A DNA stretch of 64,000 nt from Callorhinchus milii (taxonomy: Eukaryota). The position numbers and the translations under genes were made by a program. This document shows, piece by piece, positions 63,765 to 64,000 of this stretch (position 1 is its first letter; the number at the start of each line of letters is the position of its first letter). Under the pieces are notes generated by a model. That model saw only the letters and a list, made by a program, of their open reading frames with translations, made no database searches and was not told the origin of the DNA. The stretch is from contig NW_024704742.1 in assembly GCF_018977255.1 (NCBI RefSeq), positions 128,032,001 through 128,096,000 of the forward strand, in the 5' to 3' direction.

Positions 63765-64000
63765 AATAGCATAATGGTTAGCACCTCGCAAATGAGAGGT
63801 TCCGGGTTTGATTCCCAGGCAGGGCGAAACCTCAGATAAGTTTGGAAGGCAGTGAGGAAGGCAGTTCCAGAGCCTTGGGGCATAGTGGCTGAAGGCACGG
63901 CCACAGAGGGTGGAGAGGAAGACTCGGGGGATGAGGAGGAGGCCAGACCAGGAGGAACGAAGGCAACGGGTACTGTTTTGAGGAGAGAGGAGGTCAGAGA
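63765..64000. mobile_element. Ala-SINE head (+, 63765-63840) abutting an L2 3' fragment (-)
   Basis: GGTTTGATTCCCAGGCAGGGCGAAACC then GTTCCAGAGCCTTGGGGCATAGTGGCTGAAGGCACGGCCAC (reverse of GRAFSHYAPRLWN). Confidence 0.7.

Overview
Eukaryotic, repeat-dense, apparently non-coding (intronic or intergenic) vertebrate DNA. The repeat set (CR1 and L2 LINEs, SacSINE1/AmnSINE1-like Deu-domain SINEs, a Tx1-type RT remnant, Penelope-type terminal fragments) points to a cartilaginous fish, possibly a chimaera; this is inferred from repeats only. I could not identify any intact host protein-coding gene, and nearly all long ORFs in the track are decayed retrotransposon proteins or their antisense shadows. 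Main content: a near-full-length but broken CR1 (28741-33210, minus; zinc-finger/SGNH-esterase ORF1 plus APE-RT ORF2), three other large CR1 pieces, many L2 3' fragments, one Tx1/L1-clade RT remnant, and roughly 30 copies or fragments of a tRNA-Ala-headed SINE with long and short subfamilies. Most notable observations: that SINE looks chimeric (tRNA-Ala head + CORE-like block + 3' half of the resident DeuSINE); its 3' stem-loop changes toward the loop of the co-resident young L2; tail-only copies repeatedly break at one hairpin; a 117-bp insert with a hammerhead-ribozyme-like core has a 7-bp TSD; several nested insertions give a relative chronology; and an old unclassified repeat occurs about 6 times. 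I see no convincing wholly new biological system. Boundaries are approximate unless a TSD is quoted.
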